Notes: a model not told the origin generated them from the sequence alone. Counted from the stretch's first letter, positions 14,421 through 27,540 are shown. The stretch: 48,899 bases of DNA from Octopus bimaculoides (GCF_001194135.2 NC_068986.1:55201202-55250100); one strand, 5' to 3'. Numbers and translations: made by a program.

Positions 14421-15751
14421 TTCAAAGTGGCTTCTCTCCTTGTTTGGGGCTTTCTTATTTAAAAAAAAAAACCTTAAAGTGTAGAAAACAAACAAAAACG
14501 TACTATAAAGCATTACAATCTCTGGCAACTAACCAAATATTATTTACGATATGCCGCTCTCCGTCGTATTTTGGAAACAACAGAGCTTCTGGTTACAAAT
14601 TTTCAACAATCATTGGTTCACTACATTTTACAATGGCAACAGAATAAATACCACAATGTATTTCTATTTGAAAGCACCGATTTATTGGTTTATTCGCGGA
14701 TGTTTACATCTTTTGCTACTTCCCCGATAGTACTTAAGGGAATCTTCATCGGTTTCGATGATGAGTTTTCAGTTGTTCGATCGACAGAATTACCTGCTAC
14801 TTAAATTATATGTAAGTGGATATGTATTTCACAGAAACGGCGTGTTCCATTAACGTAATCTTCGGGTGGAATCAGCGCAACACGAGGCTGGACAAGAATG
14901 TACCTTTGAATTACAAGTACAATCCATCTGGCAGGCTTCCTCACACTTTCCGTCTAACCAATTTCCCAAGATTTGAGTCGACCCGAGGCAATAATATGAA
15001 TGAAAGACATTTACCGAAGATGCTACGGAGTATGATGGAACACGAGACCACATGACTGCGTGACGAACTTCATATCTATTTGGTTGCACACACAGTGGCG
15101 TAAATTAACGGGGAGCAAGAGGAACTACTGCTCACCACTTGCACATATTTCAAAGTTGGTGCCTTTCAACAATTTTTTAAACATTTTACTTCAATTGTGA
15201 ATCTCGTTTTTCTTTTGTTTTTTAATCACATCGCTTTGGAATTACTTGACAAACCTCCCGTATTTTTAAACTGTCTGCTCAAACTCCTACAATATGTTTG
15301 TGGCTGCTAACATCAGAAGAACCAAAACAAACCCTGACGTCATAACGCCTCGACACCGGACGATCCAATGCAGTTTCATCCTTTTCATGTCCCATCTTTA
15401 TCAATAGTTGTAAGTTTCATACATATTGACAGTGTTACTGAAGCATGAACTTCATGAATGTAGAATACAATTACGTATATCATAACCAATGAAATATTTC
15501 GCATAATATAAGAGAAATGAGTTTAAAATTATTTGGTATGTCACGGCGCCTTTTTTTTTTTAATGTGCTCGCTTCCCCTAAATTCAAACCTGGTTACGCC
15601 TCAACACACGCATACAAACGCATACACACATTTCTTTTTAATAGTTTTCAGTCTAATTCAATCATACACGCACGCACACACATACACACACACGCAACAC
15701 ACATTTTCAGTTTAATTCGATTATGCACGCATGCACGCACGCACACACACA

Positions 15752-15789
<38 letters not shown>

Positions 15790-16061
15790 NNNNNNNNNNN
15801 NNNNNNNNNNNNNNNNNNNNNNNNNNNNNNNNNNNNNNNNNNNNNNNNNNNNNNNNNNNNNNNNNNNNNNNNNNNNNNNNNNNNNNNNNNNNNNNNNNNN
15901 NNNNNNNNNNNNNNNNNNNNNNNNNNNNNNNNNNNNNNNNNNNNNNNNNNNNNNNNNNNNNNNNNNNNNNNNNNNNNNNNNNNNNNNNNNNNNNNNNNNN
16001 NNNNNNNNNNNNNNNNNNNNNNNNNNNNNNNNNCTTTCACTTCTTTCATTCATAACACTAC

Positions 16062-16435
16062 TGGTGCTGTGCTTCAAAGGGTTCAGGCAAAGAAATCGAC
16101 CTCAGTACTTCATTTTCTTTTTAAAATTTGGTACTTATTTTAGGGTCGAACCGCTAAGTTCTAGGAACTTAAACAAACCGACGCGAGTTGTCAAACAATG
16201 TGGGGACAAGCACAATGACATACACATACATACATACATACATACATACATACATACATACATACATACATACATACATTCACACCCTGTTGTTGATGTT
16301 GAAATTCCAATTTAGGAACCTTAGATGTAGGTTAGAAGCCGGTTCAAGAAATCTCGAAATAAACTGAATAATGACATACATACATTTATATATACATATG
16401 TGCATGTGGTGTGTGTGTGTGTGTATAAAGAGTGT

Positions 16436-16470
<35 letters not shown>

Positions 16471-16615
16471 CGGCCTTCAACAAGGCATCCGTTGGGATGG
16501 TGTGAGAGTAAAAGGCACTTATCCAAGATGCTACGCACAATAGGACTCAACCCGGACCCACCACGTGGTTGTAAAGCAAACTTCTTAACAATACACCCAT
16601 ACCTGCACCTATATA
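16062..16615 (-). mobile_element. SINE-like family 2 copy
   Basis: Reverse complement gives head ataggtgcaggtatgg...gttaagaagtttgct...caaccacgtgg, internal (TA)n/(TATG)n, and the tail (plus strand gaaccgctaagtt). Confidence 0.65.
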
Positions 16616-17104
16616 CACGCGCGCGGGCGTCAGGCTTTCATGCAGTTTCTGTCAATCAAAATCCACTCAAAACGCCATTGTTAATAGATCTTTCCATTTT
16701 CTTAGAGATATTAGACATGCGAGCAATAGGACAGTAATTAGCCGTGTCACACACAATGTTTGAAAAAGGAAGCTAAGCATTTGATTATGTATCAAAGTAG
16801 TTTTGAATACGTAATGTCCGAGGATAGTCATATTCAAACATTGTGTGTGATTCGAGAGAGAGTTAGCTGTTATTTCTAGTTAGTCGAGCAAGAACAAAGT
16901 ATTCTTTCATTAATTCACTGAAATGGTAACGTTAAAACGGGTGGCACGCTCGACATTTTATGCATTTTAACAGGCTATAACTTGATTCCAAGTCCATTAT
17001 TTTGTAAGAGTTATGCCCCTTGAATTTGCGTACTATAAAATTGATCGTATGATCGTAACTGGAAGCTTTTTGACCAATTAGTACAGCAGACGTGGGTTAA
17101 ACGT

Positions 17105-17143
<39 letters not shown>

Positions 17144-17144
17144 T

Positions 17145-17188
<44 letters not shown>
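17105..17188. repeat. (CTA)n trinucleotide microsatellite
   Basis: Read directly; one tta interruption. Confidence 0.97.
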
Positions 17189-17189
<1 letters not shown>

Positions 17190-17429
17190 ACAAGTCAGGC
17201 ATTATCTAAACAGAAAGGCATTCAATAAAAAGAAGCGAGAATATCTTGCTCACCTTAACGAACAGTTTGATTTACCAGACTTGCAACGAAAAGCGGACGC
17301 AGGCTGCACCGTCAAGAAGTTCGCTTCGCGACCATGTGATATCAGGCTCGATCACAGCATGCAACCTTCTAGGACAAGAGTTTTCAACCATTTTGAGTGG
17401 ATTTTGATTGACAATGGCGTTCTCTAACC

Positions 17430-18620
17430 CCTTGAACATCTCCCTCGAGGACCAACGTTATGGTTTCCCCAGAGCTAAATCTACTGCAGATCTACTCTCT
17501 CATGTCACTCACCAGTATACTCACGCTTTCTTTCACTTTTACAGTACAGAGTTACGGTAAGTTTTGTATAGATAACCCCGATTCTGGAGGTTAAAATAGG
17601 CTTATAAAAATGCTGCGCAAGGTAAATTTTCGAAACTTATTTTAATAAATAGCACTCTCGACGACTGGAAGTTGGGAAAATTGCACTTTTAGAAATTCTA
17701 GCGACGAATCGTTCAAGAACTACTGATCTATATTGTTAAAAAATTTAAATCAACTAATCTTAATTGAGTTATATCCCTTGATTGTAGTCATTTAACATTT
17801 AAACAACCATAGGTCTACCTTACTAGTTGCCTGAATAAGTTCAGTAAAACTTTCAACCGTGTTTGACATGCAAATCTAACAAAACTTTCCTGTAGAGGCT
17901 TCGCCTTTCTCTCTTCTCTTGGATCAGTAGCTTCCTATCACTTCGTGCCATTGTGACGTGTTGACAGAGCTCTTTGGTCCCCACTCTTGATCAACACTGG
18001 TGTTCTGCAAGGATCTCGTTTGTCCTCCTCTTTTTTCCTTCTATACATCAATGATCTATTTACCATCACATCCAACAACGCATATTCCTTCACACTTCCT
18101 TGATTTCCTTAATTCTCTCCAACCATGCATGATCCGCACTCAGCTAAGACATTTCACATCAAACCTGCATCGATTCCATACGTAGATGCCGTGACTGCTT
18201 TCTTCTACAAGGCCATGTAAACCTTGTTTCTTTTAACAGTAAAAAAGCTCCAAATACTATTCCAATTAAGAAAACACTTCTACGCTACATCCCCGATAAT
18301 CATGGGTGGCACTCTGCTAGCCCGCTTGCAATCACTCCAAATGTTACGACTCATATCACCAAGGATCTTTCCTGGCGAAAATACACTTTTGGCATAGTTA
18401 GGATCACATTCTATAGACAAGCTCAGAAAATACATCAGCATCCAACAGTTGCTGGCACTACTAAGATCGAGGCCCGCATTGGAATTGTGGTCCCATATCT
18501 AGGACGATGCTGTTGCTACGCCAACAAATATTTTGGACTGCATCCATAGAATAACCACGTGTCTGATTATTATTTAATCACTATCAAACATGCTTCGACC
18601 TCTAGCTTAAAGGTGCTCTG
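17430..18620 (+). mobile_element. Decayed CR1/L2-group LINE reverse transcriptase, interrupted at about 17527-17844
   Basis: DQRYGFPRAKSTADLLSHVTHQ before the interruption and SKTFNRV*HANL...LLSWISSFLS after it, matching the RT motifs QYGFR..RST.DLL and DxSKAFDRVWH. Confidence 0.75.
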
Positions 18621-19609
18621 ATTTCTTCTGAGCTCGTTTCCTCATTCTAGTATCAAGAACCAGTTATTTCTCTCCCCCGCCCTCTCTTTATTACTCTGTC
18701 TTTTCCTCTCCCGTTCTTTAATTCATTCCCTTCTCCTTTCGCTAACAACATCTACACTCAAGCTCATATACCGGTACCTCTCGACTCTTCCGTTCATACA
18801 TCCATACAAACTCTTGTACCTATTTACGATGACTTGCTCTTCTTTCTGTGGCTGGTTATATTTCGCCTTTTTGTGCATGATTGACATTTCTGTTGATCGT
18901 CTGTTTTCACCCTCCTCTCTATTCAGAAATCACATGCCAGTAAACCCTTTACATTCAACTTTCTGATAATAACGCACGAGATTTCTGTTTTTCTTTATTA
19001 TCGTTTTTCTCCCTTTTTGAGAAAAGACCTACGATCAAAAAGTTGATACATTTTCATTTTACATCAGCAAAATATTCATTTTGGAATATTCTTATTCCAT
19101 TGAATAATGTAATCTGGAGATATACTATGCCTCTGATCATATATCTACTCAATAAGGACTGACTTTAGGTTAAACGCAAATTAAAACAACTTATTTAAAA
19201 ATACACATAAAAGTTAATTATCCTGTCAGTAAGGATTATTTATACATGCAGCAATAGACACAAATGTGCGCACCACCAAATGCATGCACGCGCTTGCTTG
19301 CACATAAACATGCGTAGATGCATGCTTACACACTTACACAAACACAATCATACGCAAATGCATAAGCCAATGAGGAAGCTTAAGCATGGCTGACTGATCT
19401 GCTTGAAAGATTGGTCAAATCTGTCTGACATCACACCCTACCGTTTCAAATAAAGTAAGATACATTGAACATAGTTTTTAATACACAAACAGACAGAATA
19501 GTCACTCCTGGAATGCATTTGATTATACGTATACACAATAAAGACTAAGCGGGAACTAAATAAAAATAGATACACACATACACACGCATGCAAAAATTAC
19601 ACATACATA

Positions 19610-20836
19610 CGAGGGGTGTTTATTAAAGATTTTCCCTGACCCACTTCCGCTTATTGCCGGAAGCGGAGCCTGTACAGGTATGATCATACATGTCTCTACA
19701 TGCCACATTGTAAATTGTAGCTTTCTACAAGTATTCGTTTGGCTTTTACGGCTGCTGAAGTGGACTAAGGTGTTATAATGGAGGCAGTTGAATGCAGATC
19801 AGTGGTTAGGTTCTCATACTTGAAAGGTCGTACACCAAAAGAGACTTTCGATGAGATGAAAGAAGTTTATGGTAACGATGCACCATCATACGATGTAGCC
19901 AAACACTGGCATCGCCAGTTCAAATGTAGTCGGACATCGTTAGAAATTCCTTCTATTCCTGGACGACCACATTCCGCCATTGATGACGACACCATCCATA
20001 AAGTAGAAGCCGCCATTTTGGAAGATCGCCGCATAGTTATTCGGCAACTAGCCCAAAAAATGAAGATAAGTTAAGACCCGTGGCAAAAATCATTCACGAC
20101 CATGCGATAGTTGTCTGCACGATGGATTTCCCCTTTTCAGAAGTAGGAACGGGACAATTACTCCCAGGCTCCTTTAGCAATGTGCCAAGAAAACAAGGAC
20201 TTTTTCGGCAGACGTATCACACAGGATGAAACATGCGTCCGTCACAATGATCATAATACTAAAGCCCAGTCGAAGCAATGGAATCATGATAACTCACCCC
20301 CTCCAAAGAAGGCTCGTCTTCAACCCTTAGCAGTCTTTTGGGTCCAGTGCGGAGTAGTGATGATGGGTTTTCTGGCAAAGGGCACCACAATTAACGGAGC
20401 ATATGCTTCTCTGCTGCAGAAATTGCGGGACGCCATCAAAGCAAAGAGGCATGACATGGTGACCAAAGGAGTCCGCTTCGTCCGAGACAACGTTACCCAC
20501 ATGAAAACATACTCCTTCGGCTATGAAATCCTTCCTCATCCTCCTTACCCTCCCGACCTCGCACCATCTGATTTCCACCTCTTTCCAACCATGAAGTATT
20601 TTTTTTTTAAGAGGAAGCACTTTTCCGATGATGATGAACTTATTTCTGAGGTAAAGTCTTGGCTCTAGACGCAACCTACCGACTTCTACAGACGAGATCT
20701 TCACAACTGCATAAAGCGATGGGTGAAGTGTATCACCATTGGTGGTGACTATGTAGAGAAGAACTGTTATGCCAAGTTTCGTTTATCCCAGTCTTTGGGA
20801 AGTGGGTCAGAGGAAATCTTTAATGAACACCCCTCG
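19610..20836 (+). mobile_element. Mariner (Tc1/mariner) DNA transposon, inactive
   Basis: 39-bp TIRs (cgaggggtgtttattaaagattttccctgacccacttcc; 36/39 match to the right end) flanked by TA. Broken transposase at 19778-20770 with motifs GRP, ITQDET, RDN and HPPYPPDLAPSDFHLF. Confidence 0.95.
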
Positions 20837-20999
20837 TATAAGCAAGCACACGCGTGCAGCCACTCACACATACATATGCATTACACTGCCAGCTATAGTT
20901 TTATCGTACCTCTTGCCAACATTTCAAAAATAATGATGACAGCCATTGACAATAACCATCACCAACACACTGAATGACTAATTCTTTCATGACCATTCT

Positions 21000-21200
21000 T
21001 TTATGGTCATCCAAAACCCCTGCCCTCCAGAATTTTGGTGAAAACAGTGTCACTCTCGACTTCAGCAAAACTTTCAACCCTGGTACGCAATCTTCGTAGC
21101 TAAAACCTCGATCACCTCTGAGCTTCATCCCTTTCTCGTTTCTTGGATCAGTGACTTCCTAACCTTCTGTTCCTAAGCATCATCTTCGTGCAATCTAGAC
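21000..21200 (+). mobile_element. Second fragment of the same LINE RT type
   Basis: QNFGENSVTLDFSKTFN...; nucleotide similarity to 17845-17940 (aaaactttcaacc, tcttggatcagt..cttccta). Confidence 0.6.
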
Positions 21201-21619
21201 ATCTGTACCGACTTCAAATACAGAAAACTCGGAAACATCTTTCTACGGCTCCATTTCAATTTTATTTCTTTCTCCAAAAGCAAAGACACATCATTACACA
21301 TAACAAAAAAAAATTGAACTCGTGTCCACTATGACTGAGGATTTTCCCTCTGAATTATACATCATCAACATCACCAACATAGCAAAGACGTTTTTACAAA
21401 GACTATATTTCACACACACACACAGAATCTGTTAATACTTTACAAAGCTCAAAGAGCGACTCACAATGGAATGCTACTCCCATACATGGAACAGTGCAGT
21501 TGTTACACCGAGACTGCGTTTGTTGCATCGAATACATTTGTTGCACCGAGACAACCGAGACTCCATTCAAACGAAGACCACCTGACTGAATGGCAGGCTC
21601 CCCTCTAACCCAAAACATG

Positions 21620-21912
21620 TATTCCTGGCACTTTTCTCCCGATGCAATCTTCACTTTGTTTTTTTTCATTCTTTTTACACATTTCATTAGCAGTATGTCG
21701 CTGTTTTGTTTGAGGAAAGTTTTTAAGAATAGATTTTAAATTTTGATGAAATTCTGTTTTATATCTTTGAACTTGGTGCCTCCATAATGTTCATCTCGGA
21801 ACTGCTGAAAGACTATGGTGTATTGTCATGGTTTCATAACCTCCTTGTTCGGACTACAATATTTCTGATTTCCCAGAACTGAAAATTAAACCCTGAATGC
21901 CTGCATATGGTC
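21620..21912 (-). pseudogene. Frameshifted paralog of part of the 23116-23733 ORF
   Basis: YAGIQ, EMNIMEAPSSKI, LKSILK and KQRHTANE align with YAGIQ, EMNTMEVPSSKI, LKSILK and KQRHTPHE; stops and indels are present. Confidence 0.75.
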
Positions 21913-22367
21913 ATTCTGCCTGCTTTCCCTGCCTCCTATCTCTATCTATCATTATTACAATGACCTCTGTTCTTTGAAGCTGACTGGTTCCGTATCGTCT
22001 CCTAACGACTCCTTGGTCTCTTCCGCTCTCGCCTATACTGTATCTTCCTCCCACTACCCAGGCACAGTAGTAAGCAGTATAGACAGTCCTTCTATCCCAG
22101 AGTGGGCATTCCATAGGGATCCCCGTCTTGCGCATGTTTCTCCTACTGCCGTCGATTTGCAACTGTTTAAGAACAGTAACCGCATCGAAGTCAGATGAAC
22201 TCAATAAAAAAGAAACTGTTTACGCGCATGTTTTCATGCGCACTTACACATACATATACACCCAGGCACACGTGCACACTCACACACTCACGCATACACG
22301 CACATACACGCCGACACAATAATTCTGAATCAGCGATAGCAGTGGTACTACTACTGCTGCTGATGCT

Positions 22368-22376
22368 GGTGATGAC

Positions 22377-22422
<46 letters not shown>

Positions 22423-22505
22423 NNNNNNNNNNNNNNNNNNNNNNNNNNNNNNNNNNNNNNNNNNNNNNNNNTGGTGGTGGTGGTGGTGGTGGTGGTGGTG
22501 GTGAC
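22368..22505. repeat. (GAT)n and (GGT)n microsatellites flanking a gap
   Basis: Read directly from the sequence. Confidence 0.95.
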
Positions 22506-23115
22506 GGTGGTAGCAGCAACGGCGGCTATAGAAACGGTGGTAATAAACCGGTACATTAAATTTTTTTTTCCCACTTCACTTTGCAAGAGAGAAAAGTTTA
22601 AAGATGTCAGAAGTTAAACAAATTTACTTTGCATGTTAATTCTAACAATATATTTTATATACTTAGGGTTAGGGTCCACACAGTGCAAGCTGTATTTGTA
22701 TAGGAACTTGTGTTCTGGGTATGAATGTATTTTAGTGATTGCGCTAGCATCAGTTGTTGATTGTTGGCATCAACATGTTACCTGTCAACAAATGTCTCCG
22801 CACCCATATTCGCCGAGGATCCTAACCAACAACAAGATCAGATATACTTTTATAGATCTGTGCCACATCCCATCTCCATCATTGCACCACCACCACAACA
22901 CACCACTAACACATGTAACAAAATGTTTTATCTAAAGGGTCATATAAGTAAACAACAACAAAAAATACTCACTAACAACAATCATTTATACAATTTTCTG
23001 TCGGAGCAAATCAAAAACAATGAACGAGTAAGAGGCGAGGAAATTGCAGGAAACACGTGAAAAATTTGGAAGCGGAGAGGATAAAAATCATAACACAGAA
23101 AGAATGGTGACACTT

Positions 23116-23733
23116 TTACTGCTTTTTTATAGTGCTGTTACCATATTTCCTGCTGGAGGAATTAGGGTCGTGTCGGTTGTATGACTTCTGCTTTTGTGTT
23201 GGGGTATGGCCTGTTTTCAAAGATACATCATGATCTGGGATCACTACAGTTTCCAGCCAACGCTGAACTCGATTCGACAACGATTCCTTCGACAAATCTT
23301 GCGCTTTCTGCTTCAATTCAAGTGTTGATTCCATTAATGGCACGAAAGGTCCCTTACAACTCTTCTTCGACGTATTCCTGCCGCTTTTCCCCGATGTGTT
23401 CTTCCCTTTTAGTTCTTTTTCGTTATTTTTTATCGTTTCATGAGGAGTGTGCCGCTGTTTTATCTGAAGAGGATTTTTTAGAATCGATTTTAGATTTGGT
23501 GACATGCTGTTTCGTATCTTTGAACTCGGTACCTCCATAGTGTTCATCTCCGCGCTGATGAAAGACTGCGAGGTATTCTGTAATAATTTCAGAAACTCGT
23601 TGTTCGGGCAATATGTTCCTGGTTTTCGGGAACTGGAGGATAAATCTTGTTGGATGCCAGCATAACAATCTCTACTGCTTTTCTTTGATACACACTTGGT
23701 CATAAACTTAAAAACCAACCGTTTGTACTTGTT
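23116..23733 (-). CDS. Candidate terminal coding exon of an unknown gene (about 205 aa, S/K/N-rich)
   Basis: Longest non-repetitive ORF in the window. An in-frame acceptor-like site (ttatatttacgtacag|AAC) lies just upstream of the predicted start. No domain recognised; a decayed paralog lies at about 21620-21912. Confidence 0.45.
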   Translation of the reverse strand, partial: NKYKRLVFKFMTKCVSKKSSRDCYAGIQQDLSSSSRKPGTYCPNNEFLKLLQNTSQSFISAEMNTMEVPSSKIRNSMSPNLKSILKNPLQIKQRHTPHETIKNNEKELKGKNTSGKSGRNTSKKSCKGPFVPLMESTLELKQKAQDLSKESLSNRVQRWLETVVIPDHDVSLKTGHTPTQKQKSYNRHDPNSSSRKYGNSTIKKQ

Positions 23734-24289
23734 CTGTACGTAAATATAAGATCTTTACCAAGCAATAGATGGAGAAAATAAAAAGCAGCTTCCGAGGCTA
23801 TTTTGAAACATTTCTTGCTCAAAATATTTACATAAATGAACAGATTTAAATGTTTCAAAACAGCTGGCAGAGAAAAAAAGAAAAAACTCCGACTCTTTTC
23901 GAATGGCTTGTTTTGTTTACGATCTTGTCTCTATGCAAATAGAAAAATAATCTGATGTAAAAAGAACGAAATGACGTAATCGTCAGCGTTTGAGATAACA
24001 GTGAACGGATTAACGTCAAAATTTTGAATAGTTGAATAATTTCCATCTAAAAAAACACATTTTGCTTATTTCGAAGAATTTATAACCGAGGAAGTTTTAT
24101 CTTCAAATAAATATCATTAAATAAAAACGTTAGTATACGGAGGAAATATTATTTCGTAGAACAATCTTCAAATATTGTTTGGACACGAAAAGACTTTCTG
24201 TAATGAAAGACAACCGAAAACAAATCGAAAAGTAGAACAGAAAATAAGTGTTTTAGGTGTTCTTATTTTGTCTCCGGTCAATCCTGATC

Positions 24290-25025
24290 AAGCAGAGCTA
24301 TGATTAAAGCTCTTACAATCCTAAATATCTCGTCCTTTGGTGTTTCCATGACTACAGTGTTTAATGTATCTTTTATTTTAGATGGTGGGATATGATTGTT
24401 TGGACCTCTGGTAGCTATTTCCTGCCGGTCGAGTGACCATATGCAGACTCCCTCACTGGTTCATTCAAAATCCAGTTGGTGCATACCTTGTCATCATCAT
24501 GAGCCCGAGATCGAAATTGCTGGACAATGCAACACGATGTGGTCTATACCTCGTGGTGATATCTAACATACTGGGGAATTACGATAGCCCCACCAATACC
24601 GGTTAGCTGTTGTTCTGCCGTAACCTGACCCAGCCTGTTCACCTATGTCCACTGTTTTCTGACAAAGCGATAGAAACTGGGCAGTAGTTCAGTAAAGTCC
24701 ACAAGCAGGTCCTCACTGTTGAGAGGTAGCTCCTTTCGTTCATCTCTTAATATAGTCAGGGAAGACAAAATATAGCATTCCATGAGTCGATTAAAAAGAA
24801 CATCAATATTTGACATAAAATTCCCCGAACAAACGAAGGAACTTTTATGCTGTCACTCGACCTATTAGAAATAGCTTCTAAATCTTCAAATCACACTCTC
24901 CCACCTTTGAAAAGAAAGTTACAGTCGATAATATAGTCCAAGACACACTAAGCCTAAATATCAAGATGGGATAGTCTCATCTAGAATGCCGTTGATAAAG
25001 ATCTATTCGATCGAGGCTGACTTTG
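24290..25025. repeat. Two oppositely oriented copies of a dispersed repeat (about 24290-24470 + and 24850-25025 -)
   Basis: Core gatggtrggrtrtgatt....gatttggctgctatttctag..ggtcgag.gacca. Other copies lie near 3900-4085, 16840-16890, 19385-19530 (-) and 29438-29495. Confidence 0.6.
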
Positions 25026-25184
25026 GTTTTAACATAAAATTCCTAGATATGACACATGCTGGAGATGCTTTGATAAAAGGTGATATTCAGTGAATACAAC
25101 AGATAAATACTTCTTAATGGGAAAAGAAGAAGAAAGGAGAGAAATACAATTAGAGTGGAGGGGTGATAGAATAAGAGTGAAAAG

Positions 25185-25610
25185 AAGGCGGTGAGTTGGC
25201 AGAAACGTTGGCACGCTTAGCGGTATTTCGTCCGTCTTTACGTTCTGAGTTCAAATTCCGCTGAGGTCGACTTTGCCTTTCATCCTTTCGGGGTCGATAA
25301 ATTAAGTACCAGTTACGCACTGGGATCGATGTAATCGACTCAATCCGTTCGTCTGTCCTTGTTTGTCCCCTCTATGTTTAGCCCCTTGTGGGCAATAAAG
25401 AAATAAGAAACGTTGGCACGCCGGGTGAAATGCTTAGCGGTATTTCGTCTGTCTTTACATTCTGAGTTCAAATTCCGCCGAGGTCGACTTTGCTTTTCAT
25501 CCTTTCGGGGTCGATAAACTAAGTACCAGTTGCGTACTGGGGTCGATCTAATTGACTGGTCCCCCCTCCCCAAAACTTTTGGGCCTTGTGCCTAGAGTAG
25601 AAAAGAATAA
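25185..25610 (+). mobile_element. Two tandem family 1 SINEs: 25185-25410 (tail A) and 25411-25610 (tail B)
   Basis: Same head and central domain twice, with different 3' ends: ...ccccttgtgggcaataaagaaat versus ...ggccttgtgcctagagtagaaaagaat. Confidence 0.9.
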
Positions 25611-26149
25611 GAGTGAATAGAATAAGACAAATCGAGAGGTGGGGAGAGAGAGGTGGTTTCATCAATCTTTTCAAGAGACTAAGAGTACTCTCGTAACGAC
25701 CTTGAACCACTGAAGGAGCCTTTTCATTATCATTCACCTGATGGGTTTTTTTTTCTTTTTTTTTAATTGCTGGATCTGGAGGAAAGGGCCCTCGATGACC
25801 AGCGAGTTTGATGTTATTAATGTTCTTGAACCATTGCAAATTAACACCTGCGAGGAAAACATGAGAGAGGAAGTTTGAGAGGACTGGCGTTCTGAGAGGG
25901 AAGGACTGAACACAGTGATTAGAGCGTGAGAGGGTTGGACACAACAAGGGTAATGAGAGGAGGATAGAGTAAGTCAGGAATATCTAAGCAGACTTGACGG
26001 GAGATCAGACAGCTCAAAAGAACAGAGAAGATTATAGTACTGGCAAAAAGACAAAGAAAGGAGACAACAGGCGTGTGGGCCAAAAATAGTAACATGTCAG
26101 GAATCTTTTCAATCTCAGTCACAGATTTTTTAATTAATTTTTTTTTTTA

Positions 26150-27540
26150 ACTAAACAGTTTGAAACTTCGGATACCGGTTAAATGTGTCACGTAGAACAC
26201 GGTTTACTCTTAACGTTTTTGATATGGAATCAATAATCTATTGTGGGCTCCTCCTAATCCCTGCAGAATGTCGACAATTGGGGGTGGGGTGAAATATCTT
26301 CAGGCTCTGAAGAGAAGGGTTAATTGTTAAGATGCGGTCCTATGTTAAGGATGTTTTTCAGCCTGAAGAGATTCCCGGTTACAATAAAACCCAGCATTTG
26401 AGCGATTGTGAAGCGATTGCTTGTAACTCATCTTTAGGGTGGGGTACGATTATATATTTTTTTATTTGAGTAATGTCTAGAATTATCAGCCAAATATCCC
26501 TCAAATTGAATGATATGGTCTAAAAGAATTAGATAATACGCTACAACAGCATACAGATGTATGAGCAAGGGTCTGGGATTGAACATGGCTTGTTGGGGTA
26601 GCAACAGTGAAGTTGGGCAGTGCCGTTTCAATCGGGGAATGACAGTTGCTTTTTTTCTCAGCAGTAATCGTTAAAGGTATTTATTAGTGTGCACTCAGTA
26701 ACTGTTAAAGGTATTTATTAGTGTGCACTATGTTTGTTGTGCACAATGTTTGGGGCTAAATGAGGCTATTAATGCTGCTTCTAATTCTGTGTATTTTTTA
26801 ATTCTTGTTTTTTGTTGGTATTTCTTTCATTTTGCTTTTGTTTTTTTCTGGACGATGAATTGGCGAAACTGTTAGAGTGTCGTCTGTATGCTTTGCTTTG
26901 TGGTATCAGTTCCGAATCTTTTCGTTCTGATGGCAACACCTGCATCGACGCTGGTGCCAAATTATATCGGCCCAAAGCGGCAGCCTTCCGCTTAGACATA
27001 TCGATACTAGTCAGTCTTCTACAAAAATAAAATTCCCTTGCCCATGCCTGCACAAACAAACGCAAATACATGGTCAGCCCTCACGGCCAGAGGTCTCCAG
27101 ATAGGGCTTATTCACTGCGTATAAGGCTGTCAGTATGTTTTATGAAGGTGTGGGTAAATCGTGTAGGTATAGGCTGAAAGTGAAAGTGAAAGGAAAATTA
27201 AGTATTCTGGGAATGCTTTGCCAACATTTTGTAGTTGCTTGGGGAAACATTGAGTATTTTTTGAATGAATGGAAAGCAGGTATGGAGTCAAAAGCTTTGA
27301 CATCGATTTGTAATTAGGATAGGAAATGTGAAAGCTACTTTGTTGTTGAAGATATCATGCCTTTTCTGTGTAGATTTGTAAGTTTTATGATGGCTCCATG
27401 AAGAGTTTGTAGGGGTTATCGTAGCGAAGTGAAAGCAAAAGTGATATGGAATTCTACCAAATTGACATAAAAGTGTGAAAAAGCGGATTAAGTTGCAGTG
27501 AAAAACGAAACATTCTAAATGCGAAACTTGACTAACAATC
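26150..27540 (-). mobile_element. Possible highly decayed Penelope-like retroelement
   Basis: Only weak motif echoes (TFIKHTDS resembling YxKPTDSH; QLSTFCRD resembling the xxFRRD linker) across many stops. Confidence 0.3.

Noticed and set aside
14850-15089. Cys-rich 79-aa minus-strand ORF
   Set aside because: No recognisable Cys spacing or splice context; an overlapping ORF of equal size on the other strand suggests chance.
15093-15603. Possible hAT-type MITE starting cagtggcgta
   Set aside because: The right end (tacgcctc) matches only partly and no TSD is evident.
21911-22204. GIPMECPL motif resembling the RT motif GxPMGSPL
   Set aside because: Isolated, with no flanking RT motifs.
26662-26729. 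34-bp tandem duplication, and similar small repeats at about 12517-12588 and 45978-46026
   Set aside because: Two-copy local slippage with no further structure.
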